A stretch of 64,000 nucleotides of DNA from an uncultured Bacteroidota bacterium (GTDB lineage Bacteria > Bacteroidota > Ignavibacteria > Kryptoniales > JAKASW01): contig OY969888.1 in assembly GCA_963704305.1 (NCBI GenBank), positions 859,168 through 923,167 on the forward strand. The letters run 5' to 3'. A program made the translations under genes and the position numbers. The notes beneath the pieces are model-generated. The model saw nothing but the letters and a program-made list of their open reading frames with translations. It ran no database searches and was not told the origin of the DNA. This document shows, one piece after another, positions 1-10,284 of the stretch. Position 1 is the stretch's first letter; every line of letters starts with the position of its first letter.

Positions 1-1064
1 TCATTCCTTTTCGCGAGCGACGCCTTCATTTGATCGGCATTCTTGACCATAGTGCGAAACTTCCAGCTCCTAATGGGTTTTCTATCCAGACCTACGACAT
101 TCCATCGATACAAGATAGGTCTGCCGTCCGAGATCAAGATCCCCAATGCTGCAACGAGCATCAGTGGAGAGAGCAGGACGAGTGCAAAGGAAGAAACAGC
201 GAAGTCGATAAGTCTCTTAAGAAGCAACCCCAACTCCGACTGATGCACCATGCTAAAGGTTATGATATCCAATCCATAAACATCATCAACCGTGACATCC
301 TTGGTGATATGCCCGAAAAAGTTCGAGTTCAGCCGTGTCACCACGCCTTCCTGTTCACACACCTCCAGCAGCGATCTGATCAAATCAAATCTCTTTGTGG
401 AGATCGTAATGATGACTTCTTCAGGGTTAAGTTCTCTCAGGACGCTGCCGATGTTTTCATAGGTGTCTATTATCTTCTTGCCGCAATACTCCTTCCCCAC
501 TTTGTTCGTGTCATCTGTTAATACTCCAATTATGTCCAATCCCCAATTGAAATTATTGTCGACGACCTCGATGAATTTTTTCCCTCTTCTCCCTGCCCCT
601 ACCAACAGGACTCTTTTGCGGTTCTTACCCTTCCCCCTGAGAAAGGCGGCAACGTAGAACACCAATGTCTTCTCCATCGTGAATAAGGCAACGGTTACGA
701 AGAAAAGGGCGATAACGGTGGTCCTCGAAACTTCTCCTGCTCGAGCCAGGAAGAGGACCGAAATGTTTATGAGTATGCCAAGCGAGGTTACCTTCAAGAT
801 GATGGTATACTCCCTGGCTATGGAAGTAAAACGCTGATAACTGTATGCGTTCTGGGAATTGAATAAAACTACATAGGCAAGACTAATCACCAGGACAAGG
901 AGAATGTGAGACGGATGTAGAGGAATGACCTGAGGAAATATCTCGGGATGCAGCCCATGCAGCAGATTTGCGACAAAATAGGAAATGACACAACTTGCCA
1001 CAGCAGTCAGGAAGTCCACTAACTGGGCAAGTCGTGTGTGAAATGAAGGACGCCAGAGTATCAC
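1..1064 (-). CDS. Polyprenyl-phosphate glycosylphosphotransferase (bacterial sugar transferase, WbaP/EpsL-like); 5' part only, 3' end runs off the left edge
   Basis: My own minus-strand translation. GTG at 1064 is preceded by AAGGAGGGA. It shows N-terminal TM segments, then 'RVLLVGAGRRGKKF', then 'LKRLIDFAVSSFALVLLSPLML..DGRPILYRWNVVGLDRKPIRSWKFRTM', the signature start of the sugar-transferase catalytic domain. It is absent from the ORF track because it is open at the window edge. Confidence 0.85.
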   Translation of the reverse strand, partial: MILWRPSFHTRLAQLVDFLTAVASCVISYFVANLLHGLHPEIFPQVIPLHPSHILLVLVISLAYVVLFNSQNAYSYQRFTSIAREYTIILKVTSLGILINISVLFLARAGEVSRTTVIALFFVTVALFTMEKTLVFYVAAFLRGKGKNRKRVLLVGAGRRGKKFIEVVDNNFNWGLDIIGVLTDDTNKVGKEYCGKKIIDTYENIGSVLRELNPEEVIITISTKRFDLIRSLLEVCEQEGVVTRLNSNFFGHITKDVTVDDVYGLDIITFSMVHQSELGLLLKRLIDFAVSSFALVLLSPLMLVAALGILISDGRPILYRWNVVGLDRKPIRSWKFRTMVKNADQMKASLAKRN

Positions 1065-1259
1065 GGTTTATCCCTCCTTATGTTTAATTATGATGCGGCA
1101 AGAAAGACGTAAGCAACGAGCATTCTTCTTCATCATACAATTTGTAAATGGATTAAGATTATGTTTAGAACAAGAACAAATCGAAACAGATGCAGGACGA
1201 GGCTTGGGAATTTCTCATACGAGATGCGACGTTGCAAAGAAAAGAACGCCATATGATGG

Positions 1260-2123
1260 TCATTGCGAGAATTTGTCTATCAGTTCCTTCGTTCGGGCAA
1301 TATTGGCATTTGAGGAGGATCCGAAAAGGACCGATACTATTCCCTTCTGCTCACAAACGTACCGCAATGCCTCTTCGGGTTTAATTGCTCCACCTGCAAG
1401 AACCTGCATAGCGATACACCTGCAATTCTTTTCTGCGATCACCGGCTCATATTCTTCTATTCCACCCGACATGCGAAAGCCAATCTTATTGATCGAGCTA
1501 CAAATGACAGGATTCTTAATGCCGCAGTTTTCCAAAAAGGCAAGCATCTTCGGCAAATTCATCGTCATGAATCCTGCTTCCGCATCATACTTTTTCTTTA
1601 CGTAATTGTGGAACTCGACGAAGACTTCCTTCATTCCCAGACCCATTAGAAGATCGTTCAAATTGTTTTGGATGAAAACGACGCCTGTCTTAATGCCCCT
1701 AAACATTTTCATCTCTAAATCAATTAGCATTTCCATGATTGAAATAAAATCCTTCGAAGCCAGAGCCATCCCGCCTTTGGCCAGAAAGCTGAAGGGGTTG
1801 GAAGGCAGGTACTCGCGCAGAGTGCCAATAATACCTAAGTCGCCTAAGGCGTTTGCGTATTTATGAACATCCGGAATTGTAGGAAAGATTTCGTAGTCCC
1901 GGTATCTCGACGGGTTAGCTCTGATAACGTCGGCGATTTCCGAGACCCTTTGATTCGTAGTGCAAACGAATGTCCTTATCCCAATATCATATGAGAAATC
2001 CAGGACCTTCATGATCTCCTTTGTGTCGCTGAACCTGATAGCGGTTTGCCTTCCTCTTTCATCAGAGACATGATTCACCCCCCAGAATTGATTGTCGCCG
2101 ATTAGTATTCTGTCAATGGTCAA
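1260..2123 (-). CDS. Hypothetical protein of the glycan locus (no family recognised)
   Basis: 287-aa ORF. Its start overlaps the stop of the upstream oxidoreductase by 4 nt (2120-2123), consistent with operon membership. Confidence 0.6.
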   Translation of the reverse strand: MTIDRILIGDNQFWGVNHVSDERGRQTAIRFSDTKEIMKVLDFSYDIGIRTFVCTTNQRVSEIADVIRANPSRYRDYEIFPTIPDVHKYANALGDLGIIGTLREYLPSNPFSFLAKGGMALASKDFISIMEMLIDLEMKMFRGIKTGVVFIQNNLNDLLMGLGMKEVFVEFHNYVKKKYDAEAGFMTMNLPKMLAFLENCGIKNPVICSSINKIGFRMSGGIEEYEPVIAEKNCRCIAMQVLAGGAIKPEEALRYVCEQKGIVSVLFGSSSNANIARTKELIDKFSQ

Positions 2124-3139
2124 TTCCAGATGGCATCCTTCCTCAACATATCGATTGTATGGTTTGTCTTTATAGAGTCCTCAAAGGAGTTCACCTTAGA
2201 GTGATTCGCTTTACCCGACGCTCCACGTACGAAATGATCTAATTGCTCCGTGTATTCTTCGCCGCGAACAAAAAAATCTACCGGTTGGACCAGGCCCGTT
2301 ATGTACCTAAAATTCCATCCCTTACTCAGGCTTGCCGGTTTGTTCTCCTCCGTCAGGAATATCTTACACTCCTGAGAGTCAACGATAATTTTCCCATTCC
2401 TTCCCAATATTGTGATCGTAATCGACATCCTTCTGAATGTCTTCTCGCTCCAGTTTACAGAGATGCTGCCTGTCAGATCGTTCGAAAAAACAAGGTTTGA
2501 AAAAACGGCGTCCTCGGACCTTGCTGAATATATTTTTTTCATAATTGTCCCTGTCACTCTCTCCGGCAAACCCCAGTAGTAATTAATGAGGTTTATCAGA
2601 TGAGAGCCATAATCTAACAGGCAGCCTCCACCTTCATCTGTCTTGGAACGCCATGAGAACTTGCTCTCCTTGACAAAAGCAGGCCCATTTACTTCTGCCA
2701 TGAAATGATACATCTTGCCCAATACTTCTTGATCGAGTAATTTCTTCACGTATCTGAATGTCGCGACGAATCGGTTGTGATAGCCAACTTGAGTGTATAA
2801 GCTTCTCCCCCGTGCAATCTCAGTTAGCTCCTGGGATCCAGGGTAGTCCGTCCCGAATGGTTTCTCAACAAATACACTAACGCCCTTGTCCAGGAAGTAT
2901 TTTGTGATTTCATAATGTGTGCTGGTAGGGGTAGATATAACAACGCAGTCGGGTTTTGTTTCCTCATTCAACCCTCTATAATCATCGAAACATTTGAACG
3001 AGGTAAACCTTCTCAAGGCATCGAGAACCAGTCGGGATTTATCGCATACACCTACGATTTCTGTATTCTTATTCTGATTCAAGATGGACAAGTGCGAGAT
3101 ACCCATCTTGCCGAGACCGATTACGGCTGTCTTCAGCAT
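2120..3139 (-). CDS. Gfo/Idh/MocA family NAD(P)-dependent sugar oxidoreductase
   Basis: N-terminal Rossmann motif 'KTAVIGLGKMGISHLSIL', 'VFVEKPF' motif, about 340 aa, typical of nucleotide-sugar 3-dehydrogenases in glycan loci. Confidence 0.85.
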   Translation of the reverse strand: MLKTAVIGLGKMGISHLSILNQNKNTEIVGVCDKSRLVLDALRRFTSFKCFDDYRGLNEETKPDCVVISTPTSTHYEITKYFLDKGVSVFVEKPFGTDYPGSQELTEIARGRSLYTQVGYHNRFVATFRYVKKLLDQEVLGKMYHFMAEVNGPAFVKESKFSWRSKTDEGGGCLLDYGSHLINLINYYWGLPERVTGTIMKKIYSARSEDAVFSNLVFSNDLTGSISVNWSEKTFRRMSITITILGRNGKIIVDSQECKIFLTEENKPASLSKGWNFRYITGLVQPVDFFVRGEEYTEQLDHFVRGASGKANHSKVNSFEDSIKTNHTIDMLRKDAIWN

Positions 3140-4167
3140 ATCTGAACTCTGTCGAGGCTTTCATAGATCGTTTTCAAGATCATCTTGTATGCTTCCTCTC
3201 CTTTCGACATAAGTCCAAGATTGTGTCCCACCGCATGATGATTCTTCAATATCTCCTCGACGTAAGGGAGGGTCAAATGCTTGCTGTGGTACATCAGTCC
3301 TTCGTTCAGCAAGCACTTATCAACTGAGAGCAATTCATCCTGATAAACTGATATTACCGGAAAGCCCAGTACAGCTAGTTCTCTGGTCATCGTTCCACCC
3401 GCTCCGATAAAGAGCCTACAGTTACTGGCAACCTGATCCAACTTCAGCTTACCTCTGAGAATCACTGTATTTTCCAAATTCAGTGAGACATAATGTTCTT
3501 CCTGTAAAGCATCACGTGGTAATATCACCAACTTGTGGCTACCGATGAGTTCCTTGATGATACCGTCAAGAAAGTTTACCTCTCCATTATAATACTGTGC
3601 AAGCCACGGCTCAGGTCTGATGTAGATGGAATCCCTGGTATCCCGGTGGTCATACAATAAATCCTGTCGATTCCACAGGTATATGCCCTCTTTCAACCCG
3701 GGGTACCTGACGATCTTTCTCGCCCTCGCTAACTGTTTTATTGCCACTTCCATAGGAAAGTATTCGGGGAGCAGAATCTTGTCAGCCAGAAGAAACGAAG
3801 GAACGTTACCAAGAGCATGATCATTATCGTTCATGTATATGGAATCTATCCCTAATAGCCGTGCCACGATCGGCGAATGGAATGAACTCTGAGAGACTGC
3901 CAGATCCACATTTCAACGTCTAAGGTGTTGATATAGCTGCAATATCCTGATCGGGTATCCCACGGCCTTCTTCAACCGGTTTGCACCATAGTGCTTGCCC
4001 ACAACCGTAAAGTCAAAACCATGCAACTCGAGTAACTCTATTGCATTTCCCAGCGGCCGGGTGGTGATAACGATCTCAAAGTCTTTTCTTAATTTCTGAA
4101 TAATCGGTGAAAAGAGATTTACGTGCGGCGAATTGGAAAGATCAAACCAAATCTTCATTGTCCTCAT
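3133..4167 (-). pseudogene. DUF354 family protein (predicted GT-B-like) interrupted by one in-frame TGA at 3913-3915
   Basis: ORFs 3913..4167 ('MKIWFDLSNSPHVNLFSPIIQKL..') and 3133..3909 ('VDLAVSQSSFHSPIVARLLGI..') are in the same frame. Together they reproduce the DUF354 layout. The junction reads HLRR*NVDLAVS. Confidence 0.6.
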
Positions 4168-5413
4168 CTTTCAGGTGATAGGCTAACGAAGCGAGAGCGA
4201 GGAACATCCATGCATTGGACCACCGCATGTAGGAGATTCGGTTCATCGAGAATCTATGCTTCCGGTAATAGAAATATCCTGACGAGTCCTGCATACTATC
4301 AATCATCCACCCGGCGACATCAGAAGCCATTTTTACCTGACCAAACCTGCACAGAGTCAAGATGGATTGAGCAGCGGCGGTCGAGTCGATGGGGTATGTC
4401 CTATCTTGATAGTACTTTGGAATCCCCTGCTCTAAGAAAAAGCTGTTCTTGTAGAACTCAAACCCGCGCTGCAAAGCCGGCAGAAATTCCGTGTCTCCTG
4501 TGCACCTTATGAATTCATCGAGACAATCTAAGACGTAACCGGTGTGAAAATTGTCCACCCAGGTTCTTGTATCGCCTTCCGAGTAAGACCAAGCGCCGTC
4601 ATCTCTTTGGTGTTTCATCACAAAACTAACAACCTTCTTTGCTTCCTCCATCAAGTATTGCTCATTCGTAATTGAATAGACCTGTGAAAGGAGTCTTGCG
4701 CCCTTCATCGAGGCATTGAACACGACCTGAGTGTCATTTGGCGAATATGAAAAACAGTAACTCCCGTCATCTCCGTAGGCCCTATTGAGATCGCTAAGAA
4801 AGAACTTCGTCGCATTCGTACACAGCTCCAAGCTCTCAGCAGAACCGAGTAACTTGTAATTAGTAAAGAGAGCATTTGTAATAATTCCCGTGGCTACACT
4901 GGTCGGCATGAAAGCATGAATTCGCGCGTATCTCGCTTCCCAATCGAAATCATAACCCCAGCAACTACCGGAGTATCCATTCGAACGAAGTTCCACCAAT
5001 CTCTGCAGGCAGTAGTCTATTTGATGCGAATAGAAATCCAGCTTCTCCTTGAACACTTGACTCAGGCGCGCGTAAGCTTGAATGCACAAGCCCAGAGTGA
5101 CAGGATTCAATCCCTTCGGGGTACCGAGAATATGCCTTAAGTTGACCGGCACTCTTTTCAATGCTTGCTGAAAACCGAGACGAATTATTTTGTTCGATTT
5201 GAATACCGGCAATTTGAAGATTGGCGACATCAGGGCATCAAAGGGATCATACCCTTCGTACCCTTCTGAAATTATGTACTTCTCAAGCTTTTCAATTGGC
5301 TCGCAAAGTTTCAATTCATCTTCCCGGCTCACCTGCATTTCGCTCCGTCGATTCAGGAAATCCCGAGATGTTGTGCCTTGACTAACCACAATATCATTTC
5401 CATTCGGGATCAC
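4142..5413 (-). CDS. Hypothetical protein, possibly an (alpha/alpha)6-toroid glycan-modifying enzyme
   Basis: 423-aa ORF with 'GYEGYDPFDALMSP', 'SCWGYDFDWEARY' and 'DDGAWSYSEG' motifs reminiscent of alpha/alpha-barrel sugar enzymes. The family was not firmly recognised. Confidence 0.55.
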   Translation of the reverse strand: MIPNGNDIVVSQGTTSRDFLNRRSEMQVSREDELKLCEPIEKLEKYIISEGYEGYDPFDALMSPIFKLPVFKSNKIIRLGFQQALKRVPVNLRHILGTPKGLNPVTLGLCIQAYARLSQVFKEKLDFYSHQIDYCLQRLVELRSNGYSGSCWGYDFDWEARYARIHAFMPTSVATGIITNALFTNYKLLGSAESLELCTNATKFFLSDLNRAYGDDGSYCFSYSPNDTQVVFNASMKGARLLSQVYSITNEQYLMEEAKKVVSFVMKHQRDDGAWSYSEGDTRTWVDNFHTGYVLDCLDEFIRCTGDTEFLPALQRGFEFYKNSFFLEQGIPKYYQDRTYPIDSTAAAQSILTLCRFGQVKMASDVAGWMIDSMQDSSGYFYYRKHRFSMNRISYMRWSNAWMFLALASLAYHLKDEDNEDLV

Positions 5414-6168
5414 TTAACCAATGCAATTTTCCTGGCGCTCGAGAAAGTCACGGCCTGACTGACCGGATCAAGCGTTTCCAATCGACAGAAGTAAACACCG
5501 CTGCTAAATTGTCTGGCGTCCCATGTAACAAAATAATAACCCGCCTCCAGATCCTGGTCTGCAACGATACCGACTCGTCGACCGAGAACATCATAGATGG
5601 ATACCCTGATCCGGCTACGATTCGGAATTCCAAAATAGATTTTTGTTGATGGGTTAAACGGATTAGGAAAGTTCTGATACAGGCTGAAGGACTTAGGGAG
5701 ATTAGTGCCAGCTGCTTTTACCGCTCCGAGCGGACTCCCCTGTGCCTGAAGATGGATGTCGAACGAATTTGCGCTCAGATTAGAAAACACCCTAATTGTA
5801 TCATCCAGTCTACCAGTATAATCCGGTCTGCAGACTACGCTCACTTCCAGAGAGTCACTCGAATTAAACCATTCCGGAAGACTCACTGTATAGGCAGTGA
5901 ACTCTTTAGGGGATGATTGATTTACTGAGTCAATATGGATCCTGGTCGTGTTTGCAAACCTCAAAGTGAGCCTCAGTGTATCTGAGGCACCAAGTCCAAT
6001 TTTCCCAAATGACAGTGAATTCGCACGAACAGTGATTGGGGGACTGTATGACCCCAGTGTAAACTCACCTGATCCTAGAACTGACACGGCATTGTACAGT
6101 GTTCCATTGAGTTCATACAGACCGATTATCTGCCAAGCACTATCTGTGAAGGCCTTGTACAACCACAC
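5410..6168 (-). CDS. T9SS C-terminal sorting domain protein lacking a signal peptide (possibly the 3' half of a split gene)
   Basis: C-terminus 'NFPNPFNPSTKIYFGIP..GVYFCRLET' is a Por_Secre_tail-type CTD. It has a GTG start and no N-terminal signal sequence. It overlaps the upstream ORF by 29 nt. Confidence 0.6.
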   Translation of the reverse strand: MWLYKAFTDSAWQIIGLYELNGTLYNAVSVLGSGEFTLGSYSPPITVRANSLSFGKIGLGASDTLRLTLRFANTTRIHIDSVNQSSPKEFTAYTVSLPEWFNSSDSLEVSVVCRPDYTGRLDDTIRVFSNLSANSFDIHLQAQGSPLGAVKAAGTNLPKSFSLYQNFPNPFNPSTKIYFGIPNRSRIRVSIYDVLGRRVGIVADQDLEAGYYFVTWDARQFSSGVYFCRLETLDPVSQAVTFSSARKIALVK

Positions 6169-7957
6169 TAAGGAATCGCTGGAACGTCAAGCCAGTCAGC
6201 TTCTGGACTGGAAGTCCCAGGAATAAGTTGGAGACCATGTTTTGTGGACTATATACTATCCATTCAAATGGATAGTTGGACTGTATCCCCATTGGAAAAT
6301 TCTTTTCAGAAAAGGACGAACCGTACACAAACAGCTCAGAGGAGGCTCTTGAGTCGCACGCTACTGTTAGTCCTGTATTAGGGCATATGAGATTCAGATC
6401 ATTCCCCGCTGCGACATCAACAGAATCAAAATCATTCCATTTAAGAGATCCAACGCAAAAGGCATTTCCGTACGGCCAAATTCCAGACTCCAAAAGGTAG
6501 ATGTTGCCAGCCAAGTCGGTCCCAACCGGCTCGGCCCGGCCATCCCGCGCGGCTGGGAAGGAAGCAATTTCCTGAACCTGATATGAACCGTCCTGAGCCT
6601 CCTTGATTGCAAACAGCCTTGCCAACGTGTCAATCTCCATTTGGTTGCGCTCATCCACAGTATTCGCTATTATCATGTTGCCACTGTCACTATGCAGGAT
6701 GACGTTGAAATAAAAAGGCTTATCGGCGAACGTTCCCAGTACTTCTTTGTAGTCTTCAGCACCCGTGGTCATGGGGGTCATTGTGGGGTAGCTGCTTCTC
6801 CGTCCTATTCTGAATATCTTCTGCGGAGAGTAGGGTGCATCCATAAACCAATAGATGTAGTGCTCAGTAAACGCAAAGCTAACTGTCCGGGTTTCCTGTG
6901 AGCCTGTCCCAACCAGGTTCAGGCGAACTACTCCATCTGAATCGGGCTCGAGGCGGTGCGTATGATAATAGATTCGAGATTGAGCGTCCCCATCTCCCGT
7001 CGCTATCCAAATATCGCCCGTATATGGATCACGCTGGACCGCATGAACATGCCGCACGCCTCCATTGTACCCGGTGCTATCCCTTGGCGGAAAGGCGTAT
7101 ACTGCGTGCCAGTGCTCACCATTTTCGGTCCCCTTGTAGATCTTAATACTTATGTGAGGTGCAGCCTGATCGTCAGTATTGTATTCTCCTAAATAGACAT
7201 TTCCAGAGTCATCCGAATCCCAGCCCTGAGCCAAAACGCTAGATACAGTAAAGGTCCCGTCATGTTGCGGGAAAGAATCGCAGACTACATGAGCAGCTTT
7301 GAACCCAAAGTCAGTTTTCAAGATCCTTCTGTGCCCCTGCAGGGAATCTCGAGTGCCAAGAATGAAATATCCGAAATCAGTGTGCAGAAAAGGCTCGTTG
7401 TCGATGTCGCCATGAATCTCTGGAGGGTATTCCCCCACGTCCATTGGCTGAAGCGGGTTAGTTCTTGAAGTGTACCAATATTTCGAGTCAAACAAAAACA
7501 CGGTGTCCCCGATTACCGATGCATTAATCCAATTAGTCGATTTATATGACGGAGGGTAAGTCAGGTTTTCCATAGTCAATGTAGAAACTCCTGCTACCCA
7601 TGGGACAACAGTGACATGGCAAGTATCAATCAGAATGGGAATGCCTCCCTGGGCAATGAGAAGAGTTTTTCCAAATTTCTTTCCCGTCACGAAACGGGAA
7701 CGGACAGTGGCTACTGTAGTGTCGGTCGAATAGCAAGAAAATTTGCCACTAGGATCGACATATTCCAACAAGTGCGGAACATCCTTCGTGAATGAAATAC
7801 ATCTCGTCCGAAATATCGGCTGGGAAAACGTTCCACCAAGGGGGAAAACTTCAAACACAAGTGACATGACGAGCACAAAGGACGTCGATGATCTGTTGGA
7901 GATCTTGCTCATGATTGATCTATGGCAAGCGCGTCTTCGGCTTATGGTTACTCGCAA
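6140..7957 (-). CDS. Exported hypothetical protein (Ig-like Big_2-type segment plus beta-rich, propeller-like body)
   Basis: 605-aa ORF with an N-terminal hydrophobic signal ('TSFVLVMSLVFEVFPLGG') and a 'TVATVRSRFVTGKKFGKTLLIAQG..HVTVVP' Ig-like segment. There is no CTD at its own C-terminus. Confidence 0.65.
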   Translation of the reverse strand: MRVTISRRRACHRSIMSKISNRSSTSFVLVMSLVFEVFPLGGTFSQPIFRTRCISFTKDVPHLLEYVDPSGKFSCYSTDTTVATVRSRFVTGKKFGKTLLIAQGGIPILIDTCHVTVVPWVAGVSTLTMENLTYPPSYKSTNWINASVIGDTVFLFDSKYWYTSRTNPLQPMDVGEYPPEIHGDIDNEPFLHTDFGYFILGTRDSLQGHRRILKTDFGFKAAHVVCDSFPQHDGTFTVSSVLAQGWDSDDSGNVYLGEYNTDDQAAPHISIKIYKGTENGEHWHAVYAFPPRDSTGYNGGVRHVHAVQRDPYTGDIWIATGDGDAQSRIYYHTHRLEPDSDGVVRLNLVGTGSQETRTVSFAFTEHYIYWFMDAPYSPQKIFRIGRRSSYPTMTPMTTGAEDYKEVLGTFADKPFYFNVILHSDSGNMIIANTVDERNQMEIDTLARLFAIKEAQDGSYQVQEIASFPAARDGRAEPVGTDLAGNIYLLESGIWPYGNAFCVGSLKWNDFDSVDVAAGNDLNLICPNTGLTVACDSRASSELFVYGSSFSEKNFPMGIQSNYPFEWIVYSPQNMVSNLFLGLPVQKLTGLTFQRFLSVVVQGLHR

Positions 7958-8031
7958 ACAACAACCGGGATTGTGTTTCTTGTTAGATCCCCATTCACGA
8001 GCGATCCATGAAGCGCATCAACCCTCATTAA

Positions 8032-9159
8032 CTAAATTCGCCTCTCAGCCGAAACTTCTGCTCTTCGACGATGGTTTTCCAGCTCATCGGGAATGAGTTT
8101 TTCCAAAGACTCAAGAACAACTTCAGGGGGCAATTCATTCAGAGTCGCCCCCTGACAGTCCAGATCTTCATTCCGTTGGCCGGGCAACAGGTAACGACGA
8201 GCGATCGGTTCTCCTGAACGCACGACTGCATGGCGATCCCCGTAGGGAGCCGTACGGACCGGGTTGGTTGGTCCGAAGATTCCAACTGTTGGAACTCCGA
8301 CTGCCGCAGCCAAATGCATTAGACCTGAATCGTTCGCAACAAAGCAATCCATTCTTTGAATCAACGCACTGACCTTATGAAGTGGCAATCCAATGACCAT
8401 TTTTGTGTGCGCTCTCGTCATGCTCACCACATTCTCTATCATCTCTCGTTCCTCGGTCTTACCAAACAAATAGAAACAAGAAACATATTTCTCGCTGAGA
8501 GAATCACAAAGCTTTAAGAATTTTTCCGTCGGCCACTGGCGGGTAGAATCATAAGATCTTTTTACACCGGGCTGAATGCCTATTCTTAGTCCCTGACAAC
8601 CATCTCCAGTAAGCTGACTATCTGCCCAATCTTGATCTTCTTTTTCCACGTCCAGTTTGTATTCGACAGTCTTGTCATGAATACCTATTTGATCCAGCAT
8701 ATCCATATTCTGGTCTACGTCATGTTCAATCTTAGGAGTAAGATCAGTGTTGAGAAGCCCGAGAATGCGAGACATCTTTTTTATGTGTAGAAATCTCTTT
8801 TTCGCGCCTATAAGGAAACTCAAAACCCGTTGCTCGAAGCCTACACCACCGGAAAATGGAATCAAACTCAGATCGTATTTTCTTTTTCTGAGACTCCAGG
8901 CAAGACGCGCAAGGTTGATAATTCTGACAAAAATGTTCAGGCTAGAGGAATTATCAAAATAGATTATTTCATCGACCAGATTGTTGCTCGCAAACAAGCG
9001 AAGGTCGCCGTTCTGGGAATGAGTTAAGAGAGTGACTTGGGAGTCATTGAGAGTCTTCTTCAACTGCCGCAATGCCGGACTGAAAAGAAATAGATTGCCT
9101 ATACCGGTCAGACCAATAATTACAACTTTGCGGATAACGGGATTTGCTGTCAAGCCCAT
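8032..9159 (-). CDS. Glycosyltransferase family 9 (heptosyltransferase-like)
   Basis: 'DSGLMHLAAAVGVPTVGIFGPTNP' is the hallmark GT9 C-terminal motif. The N-terminus 'KVVIIGLTGIGNLFLFSPAL' also fits. Confidence 0.85.
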   Translation of the reverse strand: MGLTANPVIRKVVIIGLTGIGNLFLFSPALRQLKKTLNDSQVTLLTHSQNGDLRLFASNNLVDEIIYFDNSSSLNIFVRIINLARLAWSLRKRKYDLSLIPFSGGVGFEQRVLSFLIGAKKRFLHIKKMSRILGLLNTDLTPKIEHDVDQNMDMLDQIGIHDKTVEYKLDVEKEDQDWADSQLTGDGCQGLRIGIQPGVKRSYDSTRQWPTEKFLKLCDSLSEKYVSCFYLFGKTEEREMIENVVSMTRAHTKMVIGLPLHKVSALIQRMDCFVANDSGLMHLAAAVGVPTVGIFGPTNPVRTAPYGDRHAVVRSGEPIARRYLLPGQRNEDLDCQGATLNELPPEVVLESLEKLIPDELENHRRRAEVSAERRI

Positions 9160-9160
9160 G

Positions 9161-10284
9161 TTAAGCTAACATCTTTTCGTACGCTTTGACAGTCAACTCA
9201 GCTACCCTCGCTTGAGAGCACTCAGCCTCCATGCGTTTCTTTGCGTTACGACCCAGCTGAGCCGCAATCTCCGGATTACTCAGCATGTAGCGTATCTTTT
9301 CTGTCATGTCCGACACCTCGTTGGGATTAGTCAAGATACCGTCTTGCATATCTTCAATAATATATGGGATTCCTCCCACATTAGAGGCAATCACGGGTAC
9401 TGCTGCTGCCATTGCCTCCATTATTGCAATCGGTGCAGTTTCTTGAAAAGATGGCAGCACAAACATATAGCACTCTGACAATCTCGCATATATCTGTTCT
9501 CTGGTCTGACTGCCGTGAAACCACACTCGAGAGGCAATGTTGTTGCTCTCTGCTAAGCCTAGTATTTCTGAATAGTACTTTCTGTAACTGATTCTACCAC
9601 AGAAGTGAACTTCTAACGAGGGGAAGTCAGACATCAGCGGAATCAGAGCTTTCAACAAGCCTAGCTGGTTCTTCCTTTGCATAATCGACCCGACTACAAG
9701 CAATTGCATCCCACTCGGGTGGCGTTTTACCTGGAACATGAGAGGATCAACAGGATTGGGTATCTCAAACACGAGTTTGCATGGTGGTAAATCATTCGAT
9801 ATGTAAGGTGAGATTGAGATTATATTGCTCGCTTTCTTGAGAATGATCCTCCAGATGACGTATTCCAAGAACTTTGAGGCCCACCCGGGCCAGCCCACTT
9901 TTTGAGTTCGTGACCGATGTGCCCGTGCACAGTATATACCCACCTCCGTCCGGATAGGAGTGCCGCCAGGCCATAATCTACGCCACCCTGCGCATGCACG
10001 ATATTGGCATTTGTCGTTCTGACATAACGTAACAATTTCGAAGTGTCGCGAATAATGCGAGTGAGTAGTTTTGGCCTCGGCGACGAAAGAAAGAGAATTG
10101 TGATATTCCCGTCTTTCACTTCGTGATCTGACGCTATTCTTTTGGAAATTGTCGCGACGGAGTACTCAATATTCGTGTTCCCTCTTATTCCCTGAGCTAA
10201 GAAATACGCCGCGGCTTCCGGCCCAATTTCAACCGTATCGTTCGTGGGGTAAGAACTGAGGACTAATACGCTGAGTTTACGCAC
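9161..10284 (-). pseudogene. GT4 glycosyltransferase split by a 1-nt frameshift in a homopolymer (T5 at 9899-9903)
   Basis: ORF 9820..10284 ends '..VYTVHGHIGHELKK' and ORF 9161..9943 continues 'VGWPGWASKFLEYVIWRII..' in the -1 frame. Adding one A to CTCAAAAAGTGG restores a continuous GT4 protein. Confidence 0.7.

Noticed and set aside
30-1605. Plus-strand ORFs 30..521, 43..243, 463..657 and 1090..1605
   Set aside because: They are antisense shadows of the sugar-transferase gene (1-1064) and the 1260..2123 gene. Their products are low-complexity and unrecognisable.
3913-3915. Selenocysteine or genetic-code reassignment of TGA in the DUF354 gene
   Set aside because: I saw no SECIS-like hairpin immediately downstream. 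DUF354 is not a known selenoprotein. All other conserved genes in 64 kb read through normally under the standard code.
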